DNA of 27,121 nucleotides from a virus (Duplodnaviria; Heunggongvirae; Uroviricota; Caudoviricetes): IMG/VR virus record IMGVR_UViG_3300029288_000124; one strand, 5' to 3'. Shown piece by piece: positions 8,033 to 15,851 of this stretch (position 1 is its first letter; each line of letters starts with the position of its first letter). The notes under the pieces were generated by a model. It saw only the letters and a program-made list of their open reading frames with translations, ran no database searches and was not told where the DNA came from. The position numbers and the translations under genes were made by a program.

Positions 8033-8266
8033 TTAAGTATATTTATCTCTTAATTTACTCCATACGCTCCAAGGTACACCTAATGTTTCTGCTGAATACC
8101 CCACATTGAAGAATAACCTTTTGTCCCGGTATAACATTGCACAATCGTGTGCTGCTTTTTCGTCCCCGCCAAATTTTAATGTATCTTTGTATACTGGATC
8201 TTTCTTATACGGTGAATTCTTCCAATAATCAATATTATATTTAATCTGTTTCTTTTTTGTTGCCAT
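8033..8266 (-). CDS. Hypothetical basic protein, possibly SPOR-like
   Basis: FGGDEKAAHDCAMLYRDK...WSVWSK; TAATG coupling. Confidence 0.7.
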   Translation of the reverse strand: MATKKKQIKYNIDYWKNSPYKKDPVYKDTLKFGGDEKAAHDCAMLYRDKRLFFNVGYSAETLGVPWSVWSKLRDKYT

Positions 8267-8481
8267 TACTTACCTCCGATTTTCTTGATATATGTACTTC
8301 GTTCAATATCTCTCTGCCCTTTTTTAATGTGTACTTTCTTTACAAGATATCCGTCTTCTTTTAATTTTTCGATATCTTTGTTTTGTTCTTTTTCCCCGAA
8401 TAGTGCATCATATTCTTTATAAAGAGTGTATTTCACGTTCTTGAACAGTCTATTATATGGAGCGCCACGTTGTACTCCCAT
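8266..8481 (-). CDS. Hypothetical protein, SPOR-like family
   Basis: FKNVKYTLYKEY...DIEKLKEDGYLVKKV. Confidence 0.7.
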   Translation of the reverse strand: MGVQRGAPYNRLFKNVKYTLYKEYDALFGEKEQNKDIEKLKEDGYLVKKVHIKKGQRDIERSTYIKKIGGK

Positions 8482-8483
8482 AT

Positions 8484-8681
8484 TTATTTCTCCCTCATTA
8501 TTATCCTATACTTGTGTGGATCGGGTTTTCCTTTTTTCACCATTCTTCTCAATATTTCGGGGCACCTATTGTGTTCTTTTGCGTTCTTGCAAAAAAGGAA
8601 CATGTTCCTATCGGGGTGAGTACATAACCGCACCTTTTCATTCCCGATCATAACATATTTTTTATCTTTGTCGCACTTCAT
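8484..8681 (-). CDS. Small Cys/His-rich protein
   Basis: Four Cys (C...CTHP...FC...RCPE). Confidence 0.65.
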   Translation of the reverse strand: MKCDKDKKYVMIGNEKVRLCTHPDRNMFLFCKNAKEHNRCPEILRRMVKKGKPDPHKYRIIMREK

Positions 8682-8685
8682 GTTA

Positions 8686-9003
8686 TTACTCCCTGAGTAT
8701 ACGCATTACCGGACTTCCATCAACTGCTACACTACTGGTAGAGTCCGGGTTGTTCATATTATCCTCTAACCTATCATCCCTGAAATTACGGCACTTCCCG
8801 CCGCTCAATGCCTTACATGATGCTGTAAATCCATTACGATATTTTAAGAACTGCGCGAGTTTTTCTAGCGTTGAGTAAAACATCATTGGGGGTCTACCGG
8901 TTTTAGTAAGATAGTATCCCTCATCTTTTATTATGAGATAATATCCCATCTTATCGGCAAGGTCATTACAATACTCTAAAGATATGTCAGTGTTTTGTGG
9001 CAT
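8686..9003 (-). CDS. Hypothetical protein, MGY...TLE family
   Basis: LADKMGYYL...GYYL...FYSTLEKLAQFL. Confidence 0.7.
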   Translation of the reverse strand: MPQNTDISLEYCNDLADKMGYYLIIKDEGYYLTKTGRPPMMFYSTLEKLAQFLKYRNGFTASCKALSGGKCRNFRDDRLEDNMNNPDSTSSVAVDGSPVMRILRE

Positions 9004-9017
9004 TTTTTCACCTCATA

Positions 9018-9230
9018 CTATTTTGTTTTTACCCATTTGTTATTTTCTAACACCACATATACGTCGTATTTATAACCCTTTTTAGTGTGTACAAAATTAT
9101 CTAGCCTAAATAATTTTAATTTATACCCGTCAAATACGGGTTGATGATATTTCATTCTTTTTTCCGCTAAATCTTTATTTTTACCTGTTATTATTCCAAC
9201 CCAATCTAATCCTTCACGATGTGTTGCCAT
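9018..9230 (-). CDS. Hypothetical protein
   Basis: ORF with SD; NKDLAEKRMK...GYKL...YDVYV is weakly SPOR-like. Confidence 0.7.
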   Translation of the reverse strand: MATHREGLDWVGIITGKNKDLAEKRMKYHQPVFDGYKLKLFRLDNFVHTKKGYKYDVYVVLENNKWVKTK

Positions 9231-9466
9231 CTTATTTTCCCTCTTTTTTCGTTAGTTTTTTTGATTTTTTTTTCGCTCAAAAACGTATCTACATCTTCAA
9301 GAGTTTCACAGAACCAATCGCCAATCGAATCAAGTAACCAATACCCATCTGGATATAATGATAGGTTAGGGGATTTTTTCCGTCGTTCACGTAGCGTTTT
9401 CGTATCGACTAACTCATACTTATAATTTAACGCCTGTTCTTTTAATTCTGTATATGTATGTGTCAA
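9206..9466 (-). CDS. Hypothetical protein, MGY...TLE family
   Basis: LKEQALNYKYELVD...GYWL...FCETLEDVDTFL. Confidence 0.7.
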   Translation of the reverse strand: MTHTYTELKEQALNYKYELVDTKTLRERRKKSPNLSLYPDGYWLLDSIGDWFCETLEDVDTFLSEKKIKKTNEKRGKIRWQHIVKD

Positions 9467-9921
9467 TCCAATAACTCCCGATGATCATCAATAATCCGTT
9501 TTCTACGATTATACCAGAACATACTCCACTCGTATTCTTTCCAATACATTTCGGATAATGTCATGTTGTGCATATCCGCAAGTTTTCGTCTTTTATTACT
9601 CCAGATAACACACCAGTCGTGTTCTTGTTGGTACATATCCGCCAATATATCTTTACCTAATGTACGGAATCTTCTTGCCTCTTTCTGCGCATATACGGCA
9701 TCGTTGCTGGCTAACGTCGCCCAATCCCGCTCCTGTTTTGTGACACGGGCGTGTTGTTCTGAACGAAGCATTTTGCTCTTTTCAAATGCAAGTGCTTGTT
9801 TTTTGTTATACCTTGCATCGTTTAATGCATCTGCTGCCCACCGTGTTTGTAATTTTATGATATGTTTGTGCTGCTCGTTTTCTGTCAGATGATCAAACCG
9901 AGGCAAAACGCTATGAAACAT
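9463..9921 (-). CDS. Helical protein with internal Trp-containing repeats
   Basis: WAADALNDARY / WATLASNDAVY and LADMYQQEHDW / LSEMYWKEYEW pairs. Confidence 0.75.
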   Translation of the reverse strand: MFHSVLPRFDHLTENEQHKHIIKLQTRWAADALNDARYNKKQALAFEKSKMLRSEQHARVTKQERDWATLASNDAVYAQKEARRFRTLGKDILADMYQQEHDWCVIWSNKRRKLADMHNMTLSEMYWKEYEWSMFWYNRRKRIIDDHRELLD

Positions 9922-10197
9922 TTATTTTTCCATCGCTTTCCGTTTGTCTGCTATGGACATCTCTAATACATTTCCATGTTCATCAACGAGGGTTGTATGT
10001 TCACCCATGTATTTATGCATGGCACGGAGGATGAAGTTTCTGGCTTGTTCGAGTGTTTCGAACACGGTCGCTTTCCCTTTGCGATCAACCAACGCATAAT
10101 GTTTCTTGTTACCTTTATCCACAAACTTATACCCCATATCAGGGGCATATTCTTTTAACCATTCTTTTGGTGTCATTTTCTTCTGTGGTTTCGTCAT
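9922..10197 (-). CDS. Hypothetical protein, MGY...TLE family
   Basis: LKEYAPDMGYKFVD...HYAL...VFETLEQARNFI. Confidence 0.75.
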   Translation of the reverse strand: MTKPQKKMTPKEWLKEYAPDMGYKFVDKGNKKHYALVDRKGKATVFETLEQARNFILRAMHKYMGEHTTLVDEHGNVLEMSIADKRKAMEK

Positions 10198-10198
10198 T

Positions 10199-10474
10199 TT
10201 AGTTTGCCTTCCCGAAATCCGGATCGGAACACCATTTTGTGGAGTCGTTCCAGTGTTTCATATGCACTTCCGCGAGCTCGCGTGCGTGTTTCATCGTTGT
10301 AGCTCGTTCGAGTTTTTGTGGGATTACTATCCCCCCATAACCCGGGTGGGTGTGATATACGAAATACTTTGCACCTTCTGGTGCGTTCGTTTCCATGATT
10401 TGTACAATCATCTTCGGGTTTGCTTTGTGTTTATATAACGTGCGATCTCTGTTCTCTGTCCAGTTATCTGTCAT
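10199..10474 (-). CDS. Hypothetical protein
   Basis: Coupled ORF; RATTMKHARELAE beta-helix motif. Confidence 0.7.
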   Translation of the reverse strand: MTDNWTENRDRTLYKHKANPKMIVQIMETNAPEGAKYFVYHTHPGYGGIVIPQKLERATTMKHARELAEVHMKHWNDSTKWCSDPDFGKAN

Positions 10475-10477
10475 TTT

Positions 10478-10762
10478 TTATCCTCTTTTCTTATATTTTT
10501 TTAAACTTTGTTCTTTAAACGTCCCGAGTGGGTATACCCTATCATTAACGTGGTTTAAATAATCTACAAATACGTCACCATATGTGGCTATCACAGTCTT
10601 AAACCGATCTCTTGAAATGGTATATGTAAACGGCCCATGATCCCCAGACCATATTACCTGAACCTTCGTTCCATTACGTAGATTATTAACTTCTTTTTGT
10701 GTTAGTGGTGTTGGGATATGTGATTCTTTTTTTGGCATTCTTTGTTTCTCCTTACCATACAT
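10478..10762 (-). CDS. Hypothetical protein (possible SH3-like)
   Basis: LRNGTKVQVIWSGDHGPFTYTI. Confidence 0.65.
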   Translation of the reverse strand: MYGKEKQRMPKKESHIPTPLTQKEVNNLRNGTKVQVIWSGDHGPFTYTISRDRFKTVIATYGDVFVDYLNHVNDRVYPLGTFKEQSLKKYKKRG

Positions 10763-11108
10763 ATTTCCCTCTTTTTACCCGATCAATCGCCGCTTGTTTG
10801 ATATGATTGCGTACCCATAACGGCCACTCGCCCCAATCCCCACCCGCGTGTTTTGGGTTTTTCATAAATTCCATCCACTCGTATTCACTACCTTTTGGAG
10901 CAGGCAACATGTAGTATAATCGTGGTTTGTTTCTTGAAAGGAACTCGGTAATAAATTCTGGAAACGTTCTGATAGTTAAGAGCCGCATTTTATCCGGGTT
11001 TTTATTAGTAAAGTTCCTTTTTGCGGTTTCTTTTGTTTTGGCATCAACTATTGCTCCATAGAACCCTGATTTCGCACTATTATACCATGTTGCAATATAT
11101 GTCGTCAT
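10752..11108 (-). CDS. Hypothetical protein
   Basis: ORF with GGTGAGGA SD. Confidence 0.7.
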   Translation of the reverse strand: MTTYIATWYNSAKSGFYGAIVDAKTKETAKRNFTNKNPDKMRLLTIRTFPEFITEFLSRNKPRLYYMLPAPKGSEYEWMEFMKNPKHAGGDWGEWPLWVRNHIKQAAIDRVKRGKYVW

Positions 11109-11134
11109 TTAACTATATCCTCACCTAATATCGT

Positions 11135-11344
11135 TCACGTATGATATGCGTTGTAGCAACCTTTTGAACAGAACGAACCTTTCGCCCAACCTCTTCTGCT
11201 GTTGTCATTTTCGGTTCCGTACCGCCACAACTTGGCGTTTCTCCCGCAGAAATCGCATTTGCCTATACCTATATATTTCTTAATAAAATCTTCTCGCGCA
11301 AATGGATCTCTTCCCAAATAAACAATTTTCTCTTCGTTTGTCAT
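11135..11344 (-). CDS. Treble-clef/TRASH-like Zn-finger protein
   Basis: CDFC...FCSKGC; RDPFAR N-terminal motif. Confidence 0.7.
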   Translation of the reverse strand: MTNEEKIVYLGRDPFAREDFIKKYIGIGKCDFCGRNAKLWRYGTENDNSRRGWAKGSFCSKGCYNAYHT

Positions 11345-11364
11345 TTTTGATCTCCTCCTTTTTG

Positions 11365-11589
11365 TTATACATTACAAAAATACTTATAAATTGCATAATA
11401 TTTTTTTGACCCTACCTGAATATTTACAAAGGTAGGATATGTCCCATCCCGGTTCAGAGAGTAGTTAATTGTATGATATAATTCATTTGACACTTCAGAC
11501 TGCAATATTATATCATGAAGGATATATTTTTTGTCTTTCCGTATGATGTGTGTGGGAATGTCTTTTTTTGAGTTGTAAGTAGTAACCAT
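11365..11589 (-). CDS. Hypothetical protein; paralog of 17180-17404
   Basis: MVTTYNSKKDIP vs MVKTYKSKDEIP; YAIY vs WAIY near the C-terminus. Confidence 0.7.
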   Translation of the reverse strand: MVTTYNSKKDIPTHIIRKDKKYILHDIILQSEVSNELYHTINYSLNRDGTYPTFVNIQVGSKKYYAIYKYFCNV

Positions 11590-11628
11590 TTTGATTCTTT
11601 CCTCCTTTTACATCTATTATTTGTTTTT

Positions 11629-11856
11629 TTACCTCTGTTTTCTTCGTTTTAATTCTATTATAATATCCTTCTTTTCTTGTTCTAAATCCTTAATTTGATT
11701 TTTCTGGAAGATAATCTCTTGTTCATAATCTTTTATTTTTTTATTAAATGATTGAATCATCTCTGGTATGTGTTTTGAAAGAGTTTGTTCGAGTGATTCT
11801 GTACTATATCCTTTAACATCTTGACCTAAAATTCCTTTTTTTGTGCCTCGCTTCAT
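11629..11856 (-). CDS. Small coiled-coil protein
   Basis: Heptad pattern IKDYEQEIIFQKNQIKDLEQEKKDI. Confidence 0.7.
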   Translation of the reverse strand: MKRGTKKGILGQDVKGYSTESLEQTLSKHIPEMIQSFNKKIKDYEQEIIFQKNQIKDLEQEKKDIIIELKRRKQR

Positions 11857-11859
11857 ATT

Positions 11860-12159
11860 TTACCTCCCCTGTTTTTTCTTTTTACCTTTTTGTTTTTTAC
11901 TATCAACAAAATCTTGTACTTCATCCACACCAACTAACGTGGCGTTTCCTTTATTACACCATAATCCCCGAATTCTGTCTGCGTGTGGATTAACATCTGA
12001 TCTTTTCGTTAACTGTATTGTTGGATGTTGTGTGGGTTCCTCGTCCTTCTTGCCCCACAACCCACGGATCTCGCCGGGTTTATATTTTGATGACCGTTCC
12101 CTAATCCTGTATTTTGTTCCGGTTACTGGGGTTATGATATATTTTACTTGATCTGTCAT
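11860..12159 (-). CDS. PVTG...IRGLW small basic protein with duplicated IRGLW
   Basis: ITPVTGTKYRIRERSSKYKPGEIRGLWGKK...RIRGLWCNK. Confidence 0.75.
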   Translation of the reverse strand: MTDQVKYIITPVTGTKYRIRERSSKYKPGEIRGLWGKKDEEPTQHPTIQLTKRSDVNPHADRIRGLWCNKGNATLVGVDEVQDFVDSKKQKGKKKKQGR

Positions 12160-12160
12160 G

Positions 12161-12271
12161 TTATTCCCACTTATTTTTTTTATCTCTCTTTTTTGACTGT
12201 GGCTTTCTTTGTCTCAATTCATAATACTTCCCGGTGACTGGATTATGAATGCGTTTTACTTTAACTACCAT
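12161..12271 (-). CDS. 36-aa paralog of the N-terminus of 11860-12159; not in track
   Basis: MVVKVKRIHNPVTGKYYELRQRKPQSKKRDKKNKWE; AGGTGA SD. Confidence 0.7.
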   Translation of the reverse strand: MVVKVKRIHNPVTGKYYELRQRKPQSKKRDKKNKWE

Positions 12272-12282
12272 AGAGTGTCACC

Positions 12283-12837
12283 TTACTTTTTCTTCTTCCA
12301 ATACAATCCTGATGAGATTGTATCATACACGTCAGAAGACGACTGATACGGTTTTGAAGATGTTGCTGATGAAGATATTTTTGAACTACTTCCACTACCC
12401 ATTATCTCTTTGTAGGCTGATGGGAATACACCAACGCCCTGTGATTTCTTTTTAACAGGTGCCGGTTCAGAACCGCTCGGTTTTGTTAGTTCTGATATTG
12501 TAACTAATACAAATCCCTTGTCGTTTTCGATGTCGTCCTTTGTAGAGTTGAATTCTCCCGACGGGTATAATTTCTTTGTCTCGTCATCAATTGAGATCAA
12601 TAAATCTCCTTTTGGATCTTCCAAAAACCCTTTACCTGCTTTCAGGATACCTTGGATCGCGTGTTTGACTTCTCCTTCCGTCCCGAACGTATACGTAGCT
12701 TTTTCAATCCAGTCGTGCCGGTCTAGCCGGATTACTGCTTTTTTTCCTATATATCGTGCCGCTTTGTGCACAAATTCATGGCCTTCGTGGCTCCCAGTAA
12801 ATCCGGGTTCAATTTCAACTTGATATTTTACAGTCAT
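12283..12837 (-). CDS. Hypothetical protein with Ser-rich C-terminal tail
   Basis: 184-aa ORF; tail GSGSSSKISSSATSSKPYQSSS...WKKKK. Confidence 0.75.
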   Translation of the reverse strand: MTVKYQVEIEPGFTGSHEGHEFVHKAARYIGKKAVIRLDRHDWIEKATYTFGTEGEVKHAIQGILKAGKGFLEDPKGDLLISIDDETKKLYPSGEFNSTKDDIENDKGFVLVTISELTKPSGSEPAPVKKKSQGVGVFPSAYKEIMGSGSSSKISSSATSSKPYQSSSDVYDTISSGLYWKKKK

Positions 12838-12876
12838 CGTTTTTCACTTCCACTCATAATTGAATTAAGTTGTTTC

Positions 12877-12886
12877 TTAATATATA
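12877..12886 (-). promoter_or_regulatory. Possible internal TATA box
   Basis: TATATATTAA about 40 nt upstream of ATG 12837 in a 63-bp non-coding gap; resembles 3696-3707. Confidence 0.35.
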
Positions 12887-12900
12887 CGTATGCACTAAAT

Positions 12901-13137
12901 TTACATCGTTTTCCATACTATTTGATATCCTCTCGCTTCGCAGTACTCTTTAAGATGTTCGCGGGCATCCTTTTTCGTTGTAAATGCATGTGTATCCAAC
13001 GAATCGTATATTTTTTTGCCTAAACGGGATACGCCGTTCTTTTCGATTCGTTCGAACAGTGAACCGCCATAAACACGATTACCTTGTCTTCGGTTAATGT
13101 ATTTTGTATATGCATATACAGGTTTTTTATCTGTCAT
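12901..13137 (-). CDS. Hypothetical basic protein
   Basis: ORF with GGGGAG SD; AFTTKKDAREHL motif. Confidence 0.7.
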   Translation of the reverse strand: MTDKKPVYAYTKYINRRQGNRVYGGSLFERIEKNGVSRLGKKIYDSLDTHAFTTKKDAREHLKEYCEARGYQIVWKTM

Positions 13138-13140
13138 TTT

Positions 13141-13296
13141 TTATCTCCCCACGTTATTTTGACACCTTTTTATTTTCTTTATATCATTATATTGTTTGTG
13201 CTTTTTTTCAGACGCCATTCATCCCGTGGCTAAAGCCAACGGGCTTTCGGGCTGATTTGAGCGTAACGTTTTTCCTTTAAGATAGTCTTTTGTCAT
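13141..13296 (-). pseudogene. Small gene apparently interrupted by an IS200/IS605 left end
   Basis: MTKDYLKGKTL-[RSNQPESPLALATG*MAS]-EKKHKQYNDIKKIKRCQNNVGR*; both flanks in one frame, TGA inside the IS-derived segment. Confidence 0.45.
13209..13266 (-). mobile_element. Solo IS608-type (IS200/IS605 family) left end with target tetranucleotide; no tnpA/tnpB
   Basis: Minus strand: TTAC (13266-13263), 15 nt, AAAG (13247-13244), imperfect hairpin CCCGTTGGC-TTTA-GCCACGGG (13243-13223); the same geometry as the IS608 left end. Confidence 0.75.
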
Positions 13297-13298
13297 GG

Positions 13299-13847
13299 TT
13301 ATACCTTTACTAATCTTCTGTTTCTTACCTGATACTCAATAAAGTTCTCTGATGCGCCATGTGTCATTAATGCCGTATTCTCACCCATTTGTAATGCCAT
13401 TTTCTTTGCTTTCTCGACAACGGATGCATATGACCCTTGTACTCGTTGAAGTTTTCCGTTATTGAGATCTCCGTTTTCTGCAACCGTGATTATATGTACA
13501 TTTTTTAAGTTATCTAAAAGGATACCAACAACAATAGAACCATGAGAAACACTCACCACTTTATTCGGCCAACCGTATTTTGAAAGGGGGCCGGTATATT
13601 TTACCCTTTTTACTTTTTTCAGCCCACCGTTCTCAACATTAAATACACGGTTCACTTCAGCATCGGATAATAACATAGGTTCCGGCACGCGGTTCGTCTT
13701 TCTGATTGTTGCATAGTTAAGTACGTTCGAGGGTTTTGTCTGTATTTTAGCGCCTTTAATTTTCTTCATCCCGTCTTTAAGGATATCTTCCACACCAACT
13801 TCAACGCCGCGTTTTACATCTTTTGAGTATTTCCATTCATCTGACAT
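13299..13847 (-). CDS. Hypothetical basic protein (likely start MSDEWK)
   Basis: AGGGGTGA SD before 13847. Confidence 0.75.
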   Translation of the reverse strand: MSDEWKYSKDVKRGVEVGVEDILKDGMKKIKGAKIQTKPSNVLNYATIRKTNRVPEPMLLSDAEVNRVFNVENGGLKKVKRVKYTGPLSKYGWPNKVVSVSHGSIVVGILLDNLKNVHIITVAENGDLNNGKLQRVQGSYASVVEKAKKMALQMGENTALMTHGASENFIEYQVRNRRLVKV

Positions 13848-13852
13848 TTTGT

Positions 13853-14026
13853 TCACCCCTTTTGTTTTTTTATCTCTTTTAATGTTTTCGGGTCAATCTC
13901 TACCATTTTGGTTTTACAACGACAGCAAAGGGATACTGCTTTTTCGTGATCTGCTCGTTTTCTTGCTAAATTCCACCCACATTTGGGGCATTTGTATCTT
14001 CCATAAACTTTCCAATTATAGTGCAT
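13853..14026 (-). CDS. 57-aa Zn-ribbon protein; not in track
   Basis: MHYNWKVYGRYKCPKCGWNLARKRADHEKAVSLCCRCKTKMVEIDPKTLKEIKKQKG. Confidence 0.75.
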   Translation of the reverse strand: MHYNWKVYGRYKCPKCGWNLARKRADHEKAVSLCCRCKTKMVEIDPKTLKEIKKQKG

Positions 14027-14041
14027 AGACTACTCCGATAA

Positions 14042-14275
14042 TTACTTCTTTAACTTCGCATCCCATGAGAGTTCAGCAACACCTTGTTCTTTTGCCCATT
14101 TCTCAACCGAGTTCATAAGCGTTTCAAACCGTTTGTACTTACCAGTCATTGCATATTTCACCGTATGTGAGGGATTCATAATTAATGCATAATATTCCCC
14201 GTGGGTTTTATCACTTTGAACCACGGCGTGTACTTTCTTGCCTTTTATATCGTTTATTTTCGTTAGAATCGCCAT
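14042..14275 (-). CDS. Hypothetical protein (likely start MAILTK)
   Basis: GGTGA SD before 14275. Confidence 0.7.
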   Translation of the reverse strand: MAILTKINDIKGKKVHAVVQSDKTHGEYYALIMNPSHTVKYAMTGKYKRFETLMNSVEKWAKEQGVAELSWDAKLKK

Positions 14276-14277
14276 GT

Positions 14278-14565
14278 TTATTTCACCCAATCTGTTTCCC
14301 CAATTTCCATTCTTTTTTTGTTAGCTATTGAAATAGCTTCTGTCAAAGAGTTTGAATTCCCGCAATACTCCTTTTTTCTCTTTTTTCTTTGCATCACCCC
14401 ATATGCAAACGGGGAATATTTCTTCGGGAGAAGATTTCTCGGTACAATAGATATTACGGATGCTTTTCCATTTGGATATTCAAATACATACATAAAATTT
14501 TCTTTTTGGTTATCGTCTGTAACCTTGAACCATCTGGGATGTCCCCTAACTTCCGTTATACTCAT
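14278..14565 (-). CDS. Hypothetical protein
   Basis: AGGTGA SD; SNSLTEAISIA motif. Confidence 0.7.
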   Translation of the reverse strand: MSITEVRGHPRWFKVTDDNQKENFMYVFEYPNGKASVISIVPRNLLPKKYSPFAYGVMQRKKRKKEYCGNSNSLTEAISIANKKRMEIGETDWVK

Positions 14566-14570
14566 TTATT

Positions 14571-14725
14571 TCACCTTTTTCCCTGATGTGAACCGCATCC
14601 AAACCTTTCTATAAACGTTAACATTGGTTTATCTTCCGGATTTTTTATGATTTCCGCCACTTCTCTTTGGCTGCATGAAAATAACAGGTTGATCTTATAC
14701 AAGTATCACATGTTTTTGTTGTCAT
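14571..14725 (-). pseudogene. Cys-rich small gene with a probable 1-nt deletion
   Basis: MTTKTCDTCIRSTCYF then, in another frame, SCSQREVAEIIKNPEDKPMLTFIERFGCGSHQGKR*; 155 nt (3n+2); GAGGTGA SD upstream. Confidence 0.45.
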
Positions 14726-14737
14726 TAAATTGTCACC

Positions 14738-15145
14738 TCATTTCACAGTTTTCAATGCCGAACTAACAATGCGTTTTAATTGTTTAAACGCTTTAATAAG
14801 TTCCTTACGCCCAGCAATTTCTTCTTGTATCCTTCTTTGACCTGCACGATCATTATCGGCGGCAAAACCCATACTTCCCAAATTACTTTCATTAATATCT
14901 ATAAAATCATTACATCTCCCAACAACTTCTTTTAATACGCTTTTGATCATCGGTATAACTAAGTAATTATCTTTTTTACTAACATAGGGATACATTTTTG
15001 GGAAAGGTAATCCACCAGTTGATTCACTCCAATTCTCTTCTATTAATTCACACATATATTCAAATTCGTTAAGTATTAATTTACTAGTGGGTTTGATACT
15101 TATTGTTTTAATATCGGATTTTAATGGATCTTGTTGTTTTGACAT
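14738..15145 (-). CDS. Hypothetical helical protein
   Basis: 135-aa ORF with SD. Confidence 0.75.
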   Translation of the reverse strand: MSKQQDPLKSDIKTISIKPTSKLILNEFEYMCELIEENWSESTGGLPFPKMYPYVSKKDNYLVIPMIKSVLKEVVGRCNDFIDINESNLGSMGFAADNDRAGQRRIQEEIAGRKELIKAFKQLKRIVSSALKTVK

Positions 15146-15152
15146 TTTTTAT

Positions 15153-15332
15153 TCACTCTTTGAATTCATATATTCTTATATTGGGGTGATCTTCCCACCC
15201 AGCTCGTTTTTTTGTCTGTCGTAACTCGTTTATTTTATCATTTGCAGCTAATACTCTCGGCCCAAAATCCCCTCTACCCACAAGGACGTATTTTGGAAGA
15301 ATGCATTCTTTGTCATAAATATCTCTACCCAT
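15153..15332 (-). CDS. 59-aa hypothetical protein; not in track
   Basis: MGRDIYDKECILPKYVLVGRGDFGPRVLAANDKINELRQTKKRAGWEDHPNIRIYEFKE; AGGTGA SD. Confidence 0.65.
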   Translation of the reverse strand: MGRDIYDKECILPKYVLVGRGDFGPRVLAANDKINELRQTKKRAGWEDHPNIRIYEFKE

Positions 15333-15336
15333 CCAC

Positions 15337-15513
15337 TCACCTTTTTTTCATACTTTTTAAATCTCGTTCCATAACTACAGCCCCATTACATTTTGGACAG
15401 TAATGTATCTTCATACCTAATACATACCTTTTTTTGTAACCACATTTGGGGCATACATATTCATACGTATATGGACTTCTCTGACCGGGGTGACCTGTGT
15501 GTGTCCATCCCAT
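15337..15513 (-). CDS. 58-aa Zn-ribbon protein (FmdB-like pattern); not in track
   Basis: YTYEYVCPKCG...HYCPKCNG. Confidence 0.8.
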   Translation of the reverse strand: MGWTHTGHPGQRSPYTYEYVCPKCGYKKRYVLGMKIHYCPKCNGAVVMERDLKSMKKR

Positions 15514-15515
15514 GA

Positions 15516-15851
15516 TTATCTCCCTTTAAATTTTCCACCTTTATACTTACCCTGTGATACACGTATCGCATTTAATATTCCGTTCATTTTTGCTTTCATG
15601 TATTTTGTTACTTTTACTTGTTTAAACCCGATCTTCGTTGGATTCTTTACAATATCGCCAACTTCTGCATCCACGATTGCCTGCATAAACGTTAATGGCA
15701 ATGGTTCTCCTTTTGGTACACCAAGCATACGGTGTGTTGAACCGGGCGGATGTTCTTTAAACATTCTTGCTTGCCACGGTTCTGCACCAACCGGAGTAAC
15801 AAAAGATTTTGGGATTAACATCGTTTTTCTCATAACCGGCGTTATTCTCAT
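15516..15851 (-). CDS. Basic protein of the GxxHRxLxVP type; paralog of 16310-16618
   Basis: PGSTHRMLGVPKGEPLPLTFMQAIVDAEVGDIVKNP...GKYK. Confidence 0.75.
   Translation of the reverse strand: MRITPVMRKTMLIPKSFVTPVGAEPWQARMFKEHPPGSTHRMLGVPKGEPLPLTFMQAIVDAEVGDIVKNPTKIGFKQVKVTKYMKAKMNGILNAIRVSQGKYKGGKFKGR

Noticed and set aside
10271-10282. Perfect 12-bp palindrome CGCGAGCTCGCG
   Set aside because: Single copy inside a coding sequence; a few such palindromes are expected by chance.
13159-13164. TGTCAA as the IS608-type right-end cleavage site
   Set aside because: No right-end hairpin or guide about 10 nt upstream, so the element's right boundary stays undefined.
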